Below are positions 10,151 to 23,136 of a stretch of DNA of 64,000 nt, piece by piece. Source of the stretch: Eledone cirrhosa. Lineage: Eukaryota. The notes below the pieces were generated by a model that was not told the origin of the DNA, searched no databases, and worked only from the letters and a program-made list of their open reading frames with translations. Each line of letters starts with the position of its first letter. The first letter of the stretch is position 1. The DNA lies in NCBI GenBank assembly GCA_964016885.1, contig OZ024757.1:34968001-35032000 (forward strand), given 5' to 3'. The position numbers and the translations under genes were made by a program.

Positions 10151-12464
10151 TTACATCTGTCTGTGAACTCTTGAAAAAGCAACATACAATTGTCCAGGTT
10201 TAAATACTTGCTCAGGGAGGAACAGACCCACTTTATCATGTATTTGACCATGGTTCTTGTTGATTGTCATGGCATATGACAGTCTTAATGGAAACTGGGG
10301 TCTTTCCAAAGTAAAAAGGATGTTGGCACCACTGGGGGCTAACTTCAGTCTTGGGATCAAAACACACCTGCCCATCAAAGGACCATAGATATGAGAAGCT
10401 TTGATAAAATGTTTATGCAGTTCTACTACTTCTAATCTTGTGCCATTACATAATCTGTTCTGGATTGAAATATTCCATAGAAGCATTATTATTGATCCTG
10501 CTTTTAATTGGAGTTTGTGAGGCGGCATCCCAGAAGGTGTAAGCAAGTTCATTTAGCTTGAACCAGGCAGCAAGGGTCCCTGCATTTCTACCACAACCTG
10601 AGCATTGCCTCTTTGAAAGTAAACTCTGTTTGTTCTCCAGGTGTGTGGCTAGGCTGTATACTGTATGTGATGTACCATGAAGCTTAAATTCCGAGAGACA
10701 CGACACTGCTTCTGGCTGAGACACATACCTGCAACAAAGATAGGTTCTTATTTCATCATGGTTGTGTTGGTTCTGAGCCTCATTAGGTAATGCATTATTC
10801 GTTACTTCTATAGATGTAAAATCATGCCCCATGTAACATATTTAAAGAGATACTTGACACTTTTTACAGAAGCGCAAACTTCAACATTAATATGTGCACA
10901 ATATTTCTTAAGCAAAAAGGCATTAAATGGCACAACATTCCTGTTATCTACTGAATGTCATCCAATTTACACTGCAGTTCCTGTCTTGCACCTCCTGTAC
11001 TCTGGGTATCCATTTAGGTTCAATAATGTTTCCCTTCTGTAGGTGTTTGGATAGTTCTTTTGGAAAAATCCATTTTGTATAAATGGGGGAAAAGGGTTTC
11101 CAGAACCACATGGCCCGTGGATCATAAACTTTTAAACCTGCTCATGTAGTACTTGATCATCTTCCAATGCAGGTATTTCTGCTGACACGATTCTGTCAAT
11201 GTCTTCTCTATTTCTTATCTTGTCTTCATTTCTTAAGGCTCAGTGTTATCATCTGTTTAGATAATTCATTAAACCATTATACTCATCCACTCACAATTGG
11301 GCTTGATTGTTCCTCAAATATTGAAGCCTGCATCCCTCTACTTTCATATAGGCTTCCACTAAATACTGCTAAAATAATTTACCTGCCCTATATATCGCAC
11401 TAAATCCTCCTCTATATGCTATACTTTATATGTAATACTCCTGCATTGTCAGTCTATTGCAAACACAGATCCTGCATTCCTCTCCATGTCACTATGCCAC
11501 CAAAATTCACCATTATGGGTCGGTCATGAGGTCCAAGTGGCATGAATTATGTGATATTTTCTGAGGAGGATGGTCTTTAGGAAAGATGATAATATCTCTT
11601 TGTACAGGTGGTCTGCCCTCAATCCCCCACAAAACAACAGCTATCATTACTAGTTGGTAAATTATAGCAGCTCATATCTGATCCTCTTCTAAATCTTAAT
11701 TCACAGTTCTGTACACGACAATTTTCTCTTCTTGCACTTTGCTGTTTGATGCCATGCATTGTATCGTACAATTCGACATATGGATTACATTCATGCAACA
11801 CCTCTCTTATCATAGCCATTTTTTGTGGTGAGCACTCATTATTTGTTGGTACTAGGGCGGTGGATTGGCAGTATCGGTAGAGCGTCAGACACCATGCTTT
11901 GCAGCATAGGGTTATGGCCCTTTACGTTCTGGGTTCAAATCCCTCCAAGGTTGACTTTGTTTTCATCCTTATGAGGTCGATAGAATAAAGTACCAGTAAT
12001 TGCTGGCCTTGTGCCAGAAACAATTATTTGGTTGTACTTCCAATCTGTGCTACACACCTTCGTTCCCATCAATAATATATAACTGGCCATATTGTGGTGT
12101 ATTTTCTGCAGGTTACAGAGGTGGGGGTGTAGTGATATGTTTGACCCTGAATATGAAAGCTATACGGGCCTCTGCCGGGTGGTAACACCAAATGAAGTGA
12201 AATAAATGTAGTTTTAATTGCAGACGTTTCTGTGAAATCAACTGCTTTCTGGCCTCTTTCAAAGAGATTTCTCAGTCTCTCGGGGTATATTTGCAATGGA
12301 GGCAACACAACCTTTCCTTTATTACAACAGTTACAATTTTCATTTTTAAATTTCAAAGCTCCACAGTGATCACACGAAACATTCATATCACTAATATGAA
12401 ATTCTTCTACATTTCCATTAATATTAATTGTTGGCCAATTTCTCTTACAACGCTCATTATCCAT
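10151..12464 (-). pseudogene. Degenerate, internally deleted Helitron Rep-helicase (RepHel), copy B1
   Basis: Minus-strand fragments occur in canonical RepHel order. N-terminal Cys cluster CDHCGALKF..CNCCNKGKVVLPPL. Helitron_like_N-type stretch AGKLF*QYLVEAYMKVEGCRLQYLRNNQAQL*VDEYNGLMNYL (about 11260-11450, hand-translated). DIDRIVSAEIP..MIHGPCG. VDNRNVVPFNAFLLKKYCAHINVEVCASVKSVKYLFKY (Rep tyrosine motif). DEIRTYLCCRYVSQPEA. PIF1 C-terminus GMPPHKLQLKAG..LCNGTRL..QFPLRLSYAMTINK..GQLYVAFSRV. Multiple stops and frameshifts. Confidence 0.92.
11854..12022 (+). mobile_element. tRNA-derived SINE (Octopus CORE-SINE-like) inserted in the Helitron, with target-site duplication
   Basis: A box tggcagtatcgg, B box ggttcaaatcc, body gttgactttgttttcatccttatgaggtcgatagaataaagtaccagt. 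Flanked by attatttgttggtact (11838-11853) and attatttggttgtact (12023-12038). Removing it rejoins the Helitron frame EVQPNN|ECSPQKMAMIREV. Confidence 0.85.
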
Positions 12465-15400
12465 TCTTCTCTGTCTGAATGTTTTCCATTCTGTTGTTTA
12501 TTATGTAATTAAATAGCTCTGTACAATACATAGAGCACTCTTCTTTTCTTTACCTTTTCTATGGAAATACAAGAACAAACATATAAATATATATATATAT
12601 GTATATACGTAAACAAGACTGTTATTGCTCCAACCAGTCTATTTACCTTTGATAACTATCCTAAATATAAATACACCTATACCATACATACATATATCAT
12701 ATATGTTTTTGATGCCGTGGTATAGCAGAGATAAGCAAGAAGAGAAAAGAAAATGAAAAGGAGAAAAAAAAAGAAGTAAGAAGTCGGGAGAGGGACAGAC
12801 ACTTCACCCCAGTCTAAGTGGTCCCTCAGCCGCAACCTGTGGAAGAAACGTAAAAGTGTTACCTCGGAGCAAGGCCAGAGACACCTGCTACAATAGTCGC
12901 CCCTCCTCGTGAGGCTCTTGTCATCTTTCCTCCCGACTTTATGGAGGAAATCAGCAGTACAGGGACCAAGTATGGCAGAGGTCTCAGTGGAGTGGAAGAG
13001 GTGAGTCAGGCCTTGGTAGTATCTTACTATCCTCTGCATTGCGGGGTGTGGAGCCTAGGTTTGTGGCTGTAGCTATATTTGAACTTTTATATGAAATTTC
13101 AGTTTTATATTTTTCACATCATAAAACTTAATCTTAGTCTTTTGCAGCTCATCTTGTTTCATCTCGCAGCACACGATTCGGGAACCACTGCTCTAGAGAT
13201 AGAAAAAGTATATTTTATGCAGGGCTTCCCTGAGACATAAAAACTATTTCAAGAGATCGACATGGGTAGAAAGGTTGAGAAATGCTGCACAATGTTCTTT
13301 GGTTTTTGTTCACCTTTAAATAATCATGTATAAAATATCGGGTGTGCAAGATTTCATGAAAAGGTATAACATTATTTATGCTGATCTTGCAGGGACTAGC
13401 TCCAATTGAGAGTTGTACCAATTCCCACTAAACTCGAAACTCCTGGACAATATATACATATCTTTATAAGTTCCTGTGTATTGTGTCGTTGTATAATGAA
13501 ACATAAATATATACCATGCATGTCAGTCAGATTTGAACTCACTATATTTGGCGTTTTATAGATATAATTTGTTTGTCAAAACAATTGATTAAATAATAAC
13601 TAAATAAAATTAATTCTACAATCCTGGATAGGGAATGAACTTATAACTTCATAATAGAAGCCATCTATTCGAGCAGTATTGCCATCTAAGCCACCAGGTT
13701 ACTTACAGAACTTCATTCAAATATAAAATATAAAATATATGCCGGACATAGTGAGTTGGAATCTGACTGATTAGTTGGTCATTGTCCCAGCCAACAGTTT
13801 AAATCGCCAACCAGTAGGTGACATCGACTAGGTTGGGAAAACTTGGTTAAGTAGCTCCAGTTATTGCTACGTTAGACATATTCAAGACTTATCGACACCG
13901 AATGGAAGAAAGGTAAAGTTGAACTCAGAGTAAAGAACTGGAAAAATACTGCAAAGAATTCTATCTGATGTTCTAACAATTCTACCAAATTACCTTATGT
14001 ATATATATTTATATCTAGAGATAAGAAGAAAACTGAAAGAAAGAAAAGAAAGAAAAATGAGACCTTATATGTAACCCATGACCAGGATTGAAACCGAAAC
14101 CATGACTACCACCATCTCTGGTATCACCCACCAGACCACCATGAAAGATACAAAAATCTGCATTTTTAATATTTATAAGCCTACTTTCAATATTAAAGTA
14201 ATTAACATGTGGTGTTGTTCATGCCTTTCTCTATGTTATTGGTAAAAAATAAAGTATTTAAACCTCAAATTTTGTTATTCAAATATGCTTGCTTATGTAA
14301 TTATAAATGTCGCAGAATACACACACATATATAGATGTGAAAATATTCAGGACCCCAACGGCTGTGCTACTGCCGTTTCGACATCTATATATATATATTT
14401 TAGTCCTAGGCTCTTTCAGCGCAGAAAGAATTCTCCAATGATCACAACCAGCCAATGGTGCCCAGTGGAAGCACTTTAGTCTAATTATAACCCCAACGAT
14501 CACGATTAGCGGCGGCTTTTTCGAGTCTGAGGTTGACTGCCAGATATATATATATATATATATTTTTATACTTTGCTAGAATCCCGGAGAACAACAGAAA
14601 GATGCTGAGTTCAGAGTTTAAAAAACATGTCCCCCTTTAATATAAAAACAATCCGAGTCTTGTAAAAGTGTTATTACTGTAATATAAAGTAGAAACCCTT
14701 TATTTAAACAAAGCTGAGATGCAGCGATCATCAAAGCAAACCCCAAAATGTAAACAAACTTCTCGCAGGTGCTGCCAGATACACGATAACATGTGTATAC
14801 GAAGTGTAACAGGGAGTTGGGTCGTATTATATGACTTTCAAATTGACCCCTATTATATTCAAATTATCCCCTGTGGGGCGTGCACCCCACGTTGAGAATC
14901 CCTCATAAATAAATATATGTGAGTGTGTTGCTATGACTGCTATTTCTAGCAGGTTTACTGCAGTCCTGGAGACGCACAACAAAAACCGGAAGTGGCAGCC
15001 ATTAAAAAACTTTGGCTTAAAATCAGGCAAAAGTTTTTTAACAATTTGCCAGAAAGATAACTCTTGTCTTACTTAATCGCAAAAATCGAGGCAAAAATTT
15101 TGCGGGTGTGCAGTTTGTTTGGTGTATTTGACTATACGTAGATATGGGTGTGTGTATAGCTGGTATATATATATATGTATGGGTGAGTGTATAGCTGGTA
15201 TATATATATATATATATAGGTGTGTGTCCTTCTTTCTGCTGTTTTCCGTTTTTCGCTGCTATTTCTAAAGTGTCCATACATGCTAGAAATAGCAGTCAAA
15301 TGCACCAAACAAACTGCACACCCGCAAAATTTTTGCCTCGATTTTTGCGATTAAGTAAGTCAAGAGTTATCTTTCTTGGCAAATTGTTAAAAAACTTTTG

Positions 15401-15851
15401 CCTGATTTTAAGCCAAAGTTTTTTAATGGCTGCCACTTCCGGTTTTTGTTGTGCGTCTACAGGACTGCAGTAAACCTGCTAGAAATAGCAGTCATAGCAA
15501 CACACTCACATATATTTATTTATGAGGGATTCTCAACGTGGGGTGCACGCCCCACAGGGGATAATTTGAATATAATAGGGGTCAATTTGAAAGTCATATA
15601 ATACGACCAAGCTCCAGATACACTTCGTATACACATATTATTTGAAGTTTGTTTTGATCATCGCTGCATCGCAGCTTTGTTTAAATAAAGGGTTTCTACT
15701 TTATATTACAGTAATAAAAGTTTTACTTCGTCTACACATGTTATCGTGTATCCGGCTGCACCTATGGGCTGTTTGTTTATACTTTGGTGTTTATTTTGAT
15801 CATCGCCTCATCGCAGGTTTGTTTAATTAAAGGTTGCGAGGGGGATCACTG

Positions 15852-15858
<7 letters not shown>

Positions 15859-15943
<85 letters not shown>
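15859..15943. repeat. (TA)n(GA)n compound microsatellite
   Basis: Directly visible. Confidence 0.95.
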
Positions 15944-15949
<6 letters not shown>

Positions 15950-16193
15950 AAGACACACACATATATATACATACACGCAGACATACACCTGTGTGTATGT
16001 GTATGTGCGTGTGTGCGTGTCTTTGGCTGCTCTCTCTATCTCTCTCTCTCTCTTTCTCTCTGTGTATATATATACAGACACACACTGTTGTTTCTTGATT
16101 TTTAGCTGCTGTTTCTAAAGTGTCTATTAATATATGCTAGAAATAGCAGTCAAGGGAACATTTACGTATATATATGTAAGGACAGTGACACCT

Positions 16194-16570
16194 GCTGCAA
16201 CAGGCATCCAACCTCGTGGAACTCCATCCTCAGACGGGCCACAGACACTGCGATGTTGCGGAGGAGCTCGGCTGTAATGGGTCCAAGTTGGCCCGGGGTC
16301 TCGACGGCGGCTGGTGCTTAGAAGAGGCTCCAGGACAAACACCGGAATTTGTTTATTTTATGTTCATCTGCGAGACGGGCAGCGATGCTGGGGTTTGTGG
16401 ATCTACCTCCTTCGAATGGGAAGAGGGTGATTCCCTCGGGGTGCTTGCCATCTCCGCGGCCTAGGCCTGCTGGCTCCAGTTGAGATGGAAATTCAGCTGC
16501 GTCCAGGCTTCTTCTCACTATGTCGTTGAGAGCATTTATGTGGCTCACACACGCGGAGGCCAAGGCGTTG
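16194..16570 (-). mobile_element. Remnant of a CRE-like non-LTR retrotransposon restriction-like endonuclease (RLE) domain
   Basis: Translation HINALNDIVRRSLDAAEFPSQLEPAGLGRGDGKHPEGITLFPF..AARLADEHKINKF, followed by a frameshifted AAVETPGQLGP, matches the RHxxLNDxxxR..LEP.GL.R.DGKRPDG..VETxG pattern of CRE-type RLE domains. Confidence 0.75.
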
Positions 16571-18592
16571 GGCTACTCCGATGCGAGTTCACTCATCATC
16601 AAGAATTTATTTGAATTGAAAGGTCACGAAACTAATATAGGAGTGTCATTTAAAAATAAGGTAAACAGAAATAGTTACACCGGTAACATAATTACTGTTA
16701 CACCGGTAGTTCACTAACAAATCATTTCACGTTCGTCTCTAACAGGTAATGTTTTAATTTGCTCTCCATGTTGGGGAGTAACTGCAGTTTGGCTTGCTAG
16801 GGGTCATACATCTTCATACACACACACACATACTATATATATATATACAAAGGAAAGGAAGATAAACAAATATCAGAGGATTTGACCGGCTTCTTCCTCT
16901 TGGCACCTGTAGCCACCATGACGTATAAGTATAAATATATATATATATATACATATCTATCTATCGATATATATATCATCATTTTCATTTTGCGTCTGCT
17001 TTTCACTGTTTGCAAGGGTGGGACATATATATATATATCATCATCATTATAGATCCACTTTTCCCCGCTTGGCAGCACCTACGAGAAGTTTGTTTTGATC
17101 ATCGCTGCATCGTAGCTTTGTTTAAATAAAGGGTTTCTACTTTATATTACAGTAATAATACTTTCAGAATACTCGGATTGTTTTTATATTAAAGGGGAAC
17201 ATAAACATATTTTAGAGGAGGGGTGTGGAACAGAAAAGTTTGGGGAGCACTGATACACACACACATTTATTTACTATATATATAATATATACATATATAT
17301 ATGTCTGTGTGTGTATACTATATATATATATATGTACAGGGAGGTCGAAGCATTTCAGAATTTTTCTAGGCGGGGCGGGGCGGGGGGGTGGTGGTGCAAA
17401 TCCCCCTCTCTATATCTACTACACGGCACTCTCTTCCAATACCCCTCTCTATATGAAGTAACACCAAACTTCTCCCCCTCTCTATATATTAAGCACTAAG
17501 TCAGGAATTTTTTTCTTCTTTCGTGCAGAGAGAGTAAAGTTGATTAAATCTACTGCAGTGAATTACTGGTATTTTATTTAATAAAAATTAAAATTTACTA
17601 TTTGTCTTCGTTTAATTTTCGTTTTTCTTTACATAGTTTCGTTTCGTTAAATGTCTCCAGAATTTGTTTTTACTTTTACCGGATATTGAAGGTGTAAACT
17701 TGGTGTTGTCTAGAAACGTGTTAGAAATATTTTTCTTTTAATTGTGAAGAATTTAACCGCAAAGTAAGTTTTTTTTACTGTTTATTTGTGGCTGGGACAA
17801 CGTATGGTATGTGTTAATGTAAATGGTGAAGGTTTAAAGATTCTTTTTACAACTGAAAATCAGTTTGTTGTTGCTGCTAATTACTTAACGCATGGAATAG
17901 ATTAAAAAAATACAGGATTGTTTCTCGGAAGAGAGAAAGAAGAAACAAAACAAATCACAGAAGCGGGTAGCACACACATTTGGGACCACATACAACACAA
18001 AAACAGGTAATCCACACATCTGGGACCACATACAACACACCAGCAGGTAATACATACATCTAGGACCACATAAGCAGGTAATACACACATCTAGGACCAC
18101 ATACAACACACAAGCAGGTAATACACACATCTAGGACGACATACAACCAAAGGCAGGCGAAAGGGGTGGACAAACGAGCTGCTACTAGAGCAAAAGATAA
18201 CAGTATCGTGAGGAGCACTGGGAAACCTCTCTAATGATTTTTTAGGCAAGCCAGCACGTCTGCAGCGTTACCTCGGGCGATGGCGAGGCTGAGGAGCTGG
18301 AACAACCAAGTGCCCTCACGAGCTTCACCAGTCACCTTCGTCAGGCTAGCCGCCAGTGAAGATAGGAATCTCGCAGTCAGTATTCCGACTCCCCCAAACG
18401 CCACAGGCTGGAAAATGTAGTTGGCCGACAGATCACAGTATTACTTAACAGTGATAGATATTCTGTCTAAAGGAGGGGCGTGCAACAGGCGGCCCGCGGG
18501 CCACAATCGAGCCAACCTGACCAGTCAGAGTGGCCCGCGATGACTGTTGTAGGCTTATTTAGAATTTTTTCCATACCCGTAATACTTCTGTT

Positions 18593-18809
18593 AGTTGACC
18601 TATACTAAAGGACTTCACTGATAGGGTTATATGTGTTATAGTTTCCCAGTTGACCTATACTAAAGGACTTCACTGATAGGGTTATATGTGTTATAGTTTC
18701 CCAGTTGACCTATACTAAAGGACTTCACTGATAGGGTTATATGTGTTATAGTTTCCCAGTTGACCTATACTAAAGGGCTTCACTGATAGAGTTATATGTG
18801 TTATAGTTT
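18593..18809. repeat. 55-bp VNTR, about 4 units
   Basis: Same unit and same flanks as 8669-9586. Confidence 0.97.
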
Positions 18810-20997
18810 GAAACAAACTACCTGCATCAGTTATTATACTTTTATAACACCGCTATATTACCTACATGAAAGAGGTAAATATTTATTTCTCTTGTCTTCT
18901 TAAATGTATAGAACATTTTTCTTATATATATTCTTAACATAGCTAGGACCGTTTATTATTTACTAGTCTCTACTCCTAGGACTTTGCTGGTCTCATGTCC
19001 CCTCCATCAACACACACTCGGTAGAAAGCTGGTCGTCGGATGTAAAGTGGCCCTGATTACAGGTCTAGTATTGAAGCCTTTCGGCTTGAGCCTTGCTGAT
19101 GCCGACAGAGTTCCTGTGGTAGTTTTGGTAGCACAGGTGACATTTTATTGTGTTTAGGTACCGGCTAGTGCGGACACAGAGAGCACAACCAGGTGGTGAG
19201 CTGGCAACGACCAAGTGTAGAGGGCCAGCTTTGAAATTCGAGCGACGGAGTGAACTAGTAAAAGAGGCAGGGTAAGCAGCATTGGTTCTAACGGTGGGAC
19301 TAGAACGGAGGTTGGGTGGTGCTGGGGGTGGGCTAACAGCTAACAGTTGTAGGAGTGGTGGGGGTTTGCTAGGATTAATTTTTACATCTGTCTGTGAACT
19401 CTTGAAAAAGCAACATACAATTGTCCAGGGTTAAATACTTGCTCAGGGAGGAACAGACCCACTTTATCATGTATTTGACCATGGTTCTTGTTGATTGTCA
19501 TGGCATATGACAGTCTTAATGGAAACTGGGGTCTTTCCAAAGTAAAAGGGATGTTGGCACCACTGGGGGATAACTTCAGTCTTGGGGTCAAAACACACCT
19601 GCCCATCAAAGGACCATAGATATGAGAAGCTTTGATAAAATGTTTATGCAGTTCTACTACTTCTAATCTTGTGCCATTACATAATCTGTTCTGGATTGAA
19701 ATATTCCATAGAAACGTTATTATTGATCCTGCTTATAATTGGAGTTTGTGAGGCGGCATCCCAGAAGGTGTAAGCAAGTTCATTTAGCTTGAACCAGGCA
19801 GCAAGGGTCCCTGCATTTCTACCACAACCTGAGCATTGCCTCTTTGAAAGTAAACTCTGTTTGTTCTCCAGGTGTGTGGCTAGGCTGTATACTGTATGTG
19901 ATGTACCATGAAGCTTAAATTCCGAGAGACACGACACTGCTTCTGGCTAAGACACATACCTGCAACAAAGATAGGTTCTTATTTCATCATGGTTGTGTTG
20001 GTTCTGAGCCTCATTAGGTAATGCATTATTCGTTACTTCTATAGATGTACAATCATGCCCCATGTAACATATTTAAAGAGGTACTTGACACTTTTTACAG
20101 AAGCGCAAACTTCAACATTAATATGTGCACAATATTTCTTAAGCAAAAAGGCATTAAATGGCACAACATTCCTGTTATCTACTGAATGTCATCCAATTTA
20201 CACTGCAGTTCCTGTCTTGCACCTCCTGTACTCTGGGTATCCATTTAGGTTCAATAATGTTTCCCTTCTGTAGGTTTTGGGATAGTTCTTTTGGAAAAAT
20301 CCATTTTGTATAAATGGGGGAAAAGGGTTTCCAGAACCACATGGCCTGTGGATCATAAACTTTTAAACCTGCTCATGTAGTACTGGATCATCTTCCAATG
20401 CAGGTATTTCTGCTGACACGATTCTGTTAATGTCTTCTCTGTTTCTTATTTTGTCTTCATTTTATAAGGCTCAGTGTTATCATCTGTTTAGATAATTCAT
20501 TAAACCATTATACTCATCCACTCACAATTGGGCTTGATTGTTCCTCAAATATTGAAGCCTGCATCCCTCTACTTTCATATAGGCATCCACTAAATACTGC
20601 TAAAATAATTTACCTGCCCTATATATCGCACTAAATCCTCCTCTATATGCTATACAGTATATGTAATACTCCTGCATTGTCAGTCTATTGCAAACACAGG
20701 TCCTGCATTCCTCTCCATGGCACTATGCCACCAAAATTCACCATTATCGGTCGGTCATGAGGTCCAAGTGGCATGAATTATGTGGTATTTTCTGAGGAGG
20801 ATGGACTTTAGGAAAGATGATAATATCTCTTTGTACAGGTGGTGTACCCTCAATCCCCCACAAAACAACAGCTATCATTACTAGTTGGTACATTAGAGCA
20901 GCTCATATCTGATCCTCTTCTAAATCTTAATTCACAGTTCTGTACACGACAATTTTCTCTTCTTGCACTTTGCTGTTTGAGATGAAACAAGATAGCA

Positions 20998-21523
20998 ATG
21001 TCCATAACATTACATGTCAGAATTATTAGCCACAGGGGCAGAGATGTCCATAACATTACATGTCAGAATTATTAGCCACAGGGGCAGAGATGTCCATAAC
21101 ATTACATGACAGAATTATTAGCCACAGGGGCAGAGATGTCCATAACATTACATGTCAGAATTATTAGCCACAGGGGCAGAGATGTCCATAACATTACATG
21201 ACAGAATTATTAGCCACAGGGGCAGAGATGTCCATAACATTACATGACAGCTTTATTAGCCACAGGGACAGAGATGTCCATAACATTACATGTCAGAATT
21301 ATTAGCCACAGGGGCAGAGATGACCATAACATTACATGACATAATTATTAGCCACAGGGGCAGAGATGACCATAACATTACATGACAGATTTATTAGCCA
21401 CAGGTGCAGAGATGACCATAACATTACATGACAGAATTATTAACCACAGGGGCAGAGATGACCATAACATTACATGACAATTATTAGCCCCAGGGGCAGA
21501 TATGTCCATAACATTACATGACA
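20998..21523 (+). repeat. 46-bp minisatellite block (about 11 units)
   Basis: agaattattagccacaggggcagagatgtccataacattacatgtc, period 46 (21001 to 21047). Confidence 0.97.
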
Positions 21524-22770
21524 GAGTTTCATCTCGCGCGCTCTCTCTCTCGTTTCATCTCGCTCTCTCTCTCTCTCGTTTCATCTCTGTCTTCCTCTCT
21601 CTCATTTCATCTCTGTCTTCCTCTCTCTTGTTCCATCTCTCTCTTCCTCTCTCTCGTTCCATCTCTCTCTTCCTCTCTCTCGTTTCATCACTCTCTCTCG
21701 TTTCATCTCTATTTCTCTCTCTCGTTTCATCTCTATCTCTCTCGTTTCATCTGTCTCTCTCTCTGTCGTTTCATCTCCCTCTATCTCTCTCTCGCTCTCT
21801 CATTTCATCTCTCTCTCCCTCTCGTTTCATCTCGCTCTCTCTCTCATGTTTCATCTCGCTCTCTCTCCTGTTTCATCTCGCTCTCTCTCTCCTGTTTCAT
21901 CTCACTCTCTAGTCTCGTTTCCTCTCTCTCTCATTTCATCTCGCTCTCACTCTCTCTCATTTCATCTCGCTCTCACTCTCTCTCATTTCATCTCGCTCTC
22001 TCTCTCTCATTTCATCTCGCTCGCACTCTCTCATTTCATCTCGCTCTCTCTCTCTCTCTCGTTTCATCTCGCTCTCTCTCTCGCTCTCTCTCTCTCATTT
22101 CATCTCACTCTGTCTCTCTCTCTCGTTTCATCTCGCTCTCACTCTCTCGTTTCATCTCGCTCTCACTCTCTCATTTCATCTCGCTCTCTCTCTCTCGTTC
22201 CATCTTGCTCTCTCTCTCTCTTGTTTCAACACTCTAATCCCTCACTTGTTTCATCTCTCTCTAATCCCTCACTTGTTTCATCTCTCTCTTGTTTCAATTC
22301 TTTCTCTCTCTCTCTTTCTCTCCCCTCTCTCTCTTGTTTCATCCCTCACCCTCTTGTTTCATCCCCCCTCTCCCTCTTCCTCTCTCTCTCTTCCTCTCTC
22401 TCTCTTCCTCTCTCTCTCTTCCTTTCTCTCTCTTCCCCTCTCTCTCTTCCTCTCTCTCTCTTCCTCTCTCTCTCTTCCTCTCTCTCTCTCTTCCTCTCTC
22501 TCTCTCTTCCTCTCTCTCTCTTTCACACTCTATCTCCGACTCGTTTCATCACTCTCTCCCCTCTCTCCCCTCACCCTCTTGTTTCAACTCTCTCCTCGTT
22601 TCAACTCTCTCTCCTCTCGTTTCAACTCTCTCTCTCTCTCTCCTCTCGTTACAACTCTCTCTCTCTCTCCTCTCGTTTCAACTCTCTCTCTCTTTTCTCG
22701 TTTCAACTATCTCCTCTCTTGTTTCAACTCTCTCACCTCTCGTTTCAACTCTTTCTCTCTGTGTCTCCAA
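21524..22770 (+). repeat. CT-rich complex satellite (gtttcatctc + (CT)n)
   Basis: Recurrent tcgtttcatctcgctctctct, drifting to gtttcaactc variants at the 3' end. Confidence 0.95.
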
Positions 22771-22964
22771 TGTGTAATAAACCGTGACTCATATATATAT
22801 ACCGAAGAATGTACATAAACACATACATACACGCATGTGTATATATATATACATACATGTGTCTCTCTCTCTCCCTATATATATGTATATATGTGTAAAT
22901 ATGTACATACATATTAGTGTATATATATTGCTATCTATATGCATATTTGTATAATTATACTGTA

Positions 22965-23136
22965 TGGTGAATTGGCAGTATCGGTAGAGGGTCTGACGCC
23001 ATGCTTTCCAGCATAGTTACGTCCCTTTACGATCCGAGGTCAACTTTGCCTTTCATCCTTACGGGGTCGATAAAATAAAGTACCAGTAATGTACTGGTTA
23101 ATTACTGACCTTGTGCCTAAAATAGAAACAATTATT
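22965..23136 (+). mobile_element. Independent, diverged member of the same SINE family (B box region deleted)
   Basis: ttggcagtatcggtagag...gaggtcaactttgcctttcatccttacggggtcgataaaataaagtaccagtaat...gaaacaattatt. Confidence 0.8.

Larger units (their letters stand above)
2681..12732. repeat. Long tandem unit B, copy 1 (10,052 bp)
   Basis: Phase marker at 2681 and 12733. Content is repeated at 12733-24720 and 35516-44920. Confidence 0.93.

Noticed and set aside
21020-21065. CTCF-like motif in the 46-bp unit (gccacaggggcag)
   Set aside because: Needs two gaps relative to the CCACCAGGGGGC core, so it is not supportable without a PWM scan.
22233-22273. Telomere-like taatccctca / tgagggatta words at module ends
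   Set aside because: Only two degenerate copies per module and no TTAGGG tract.
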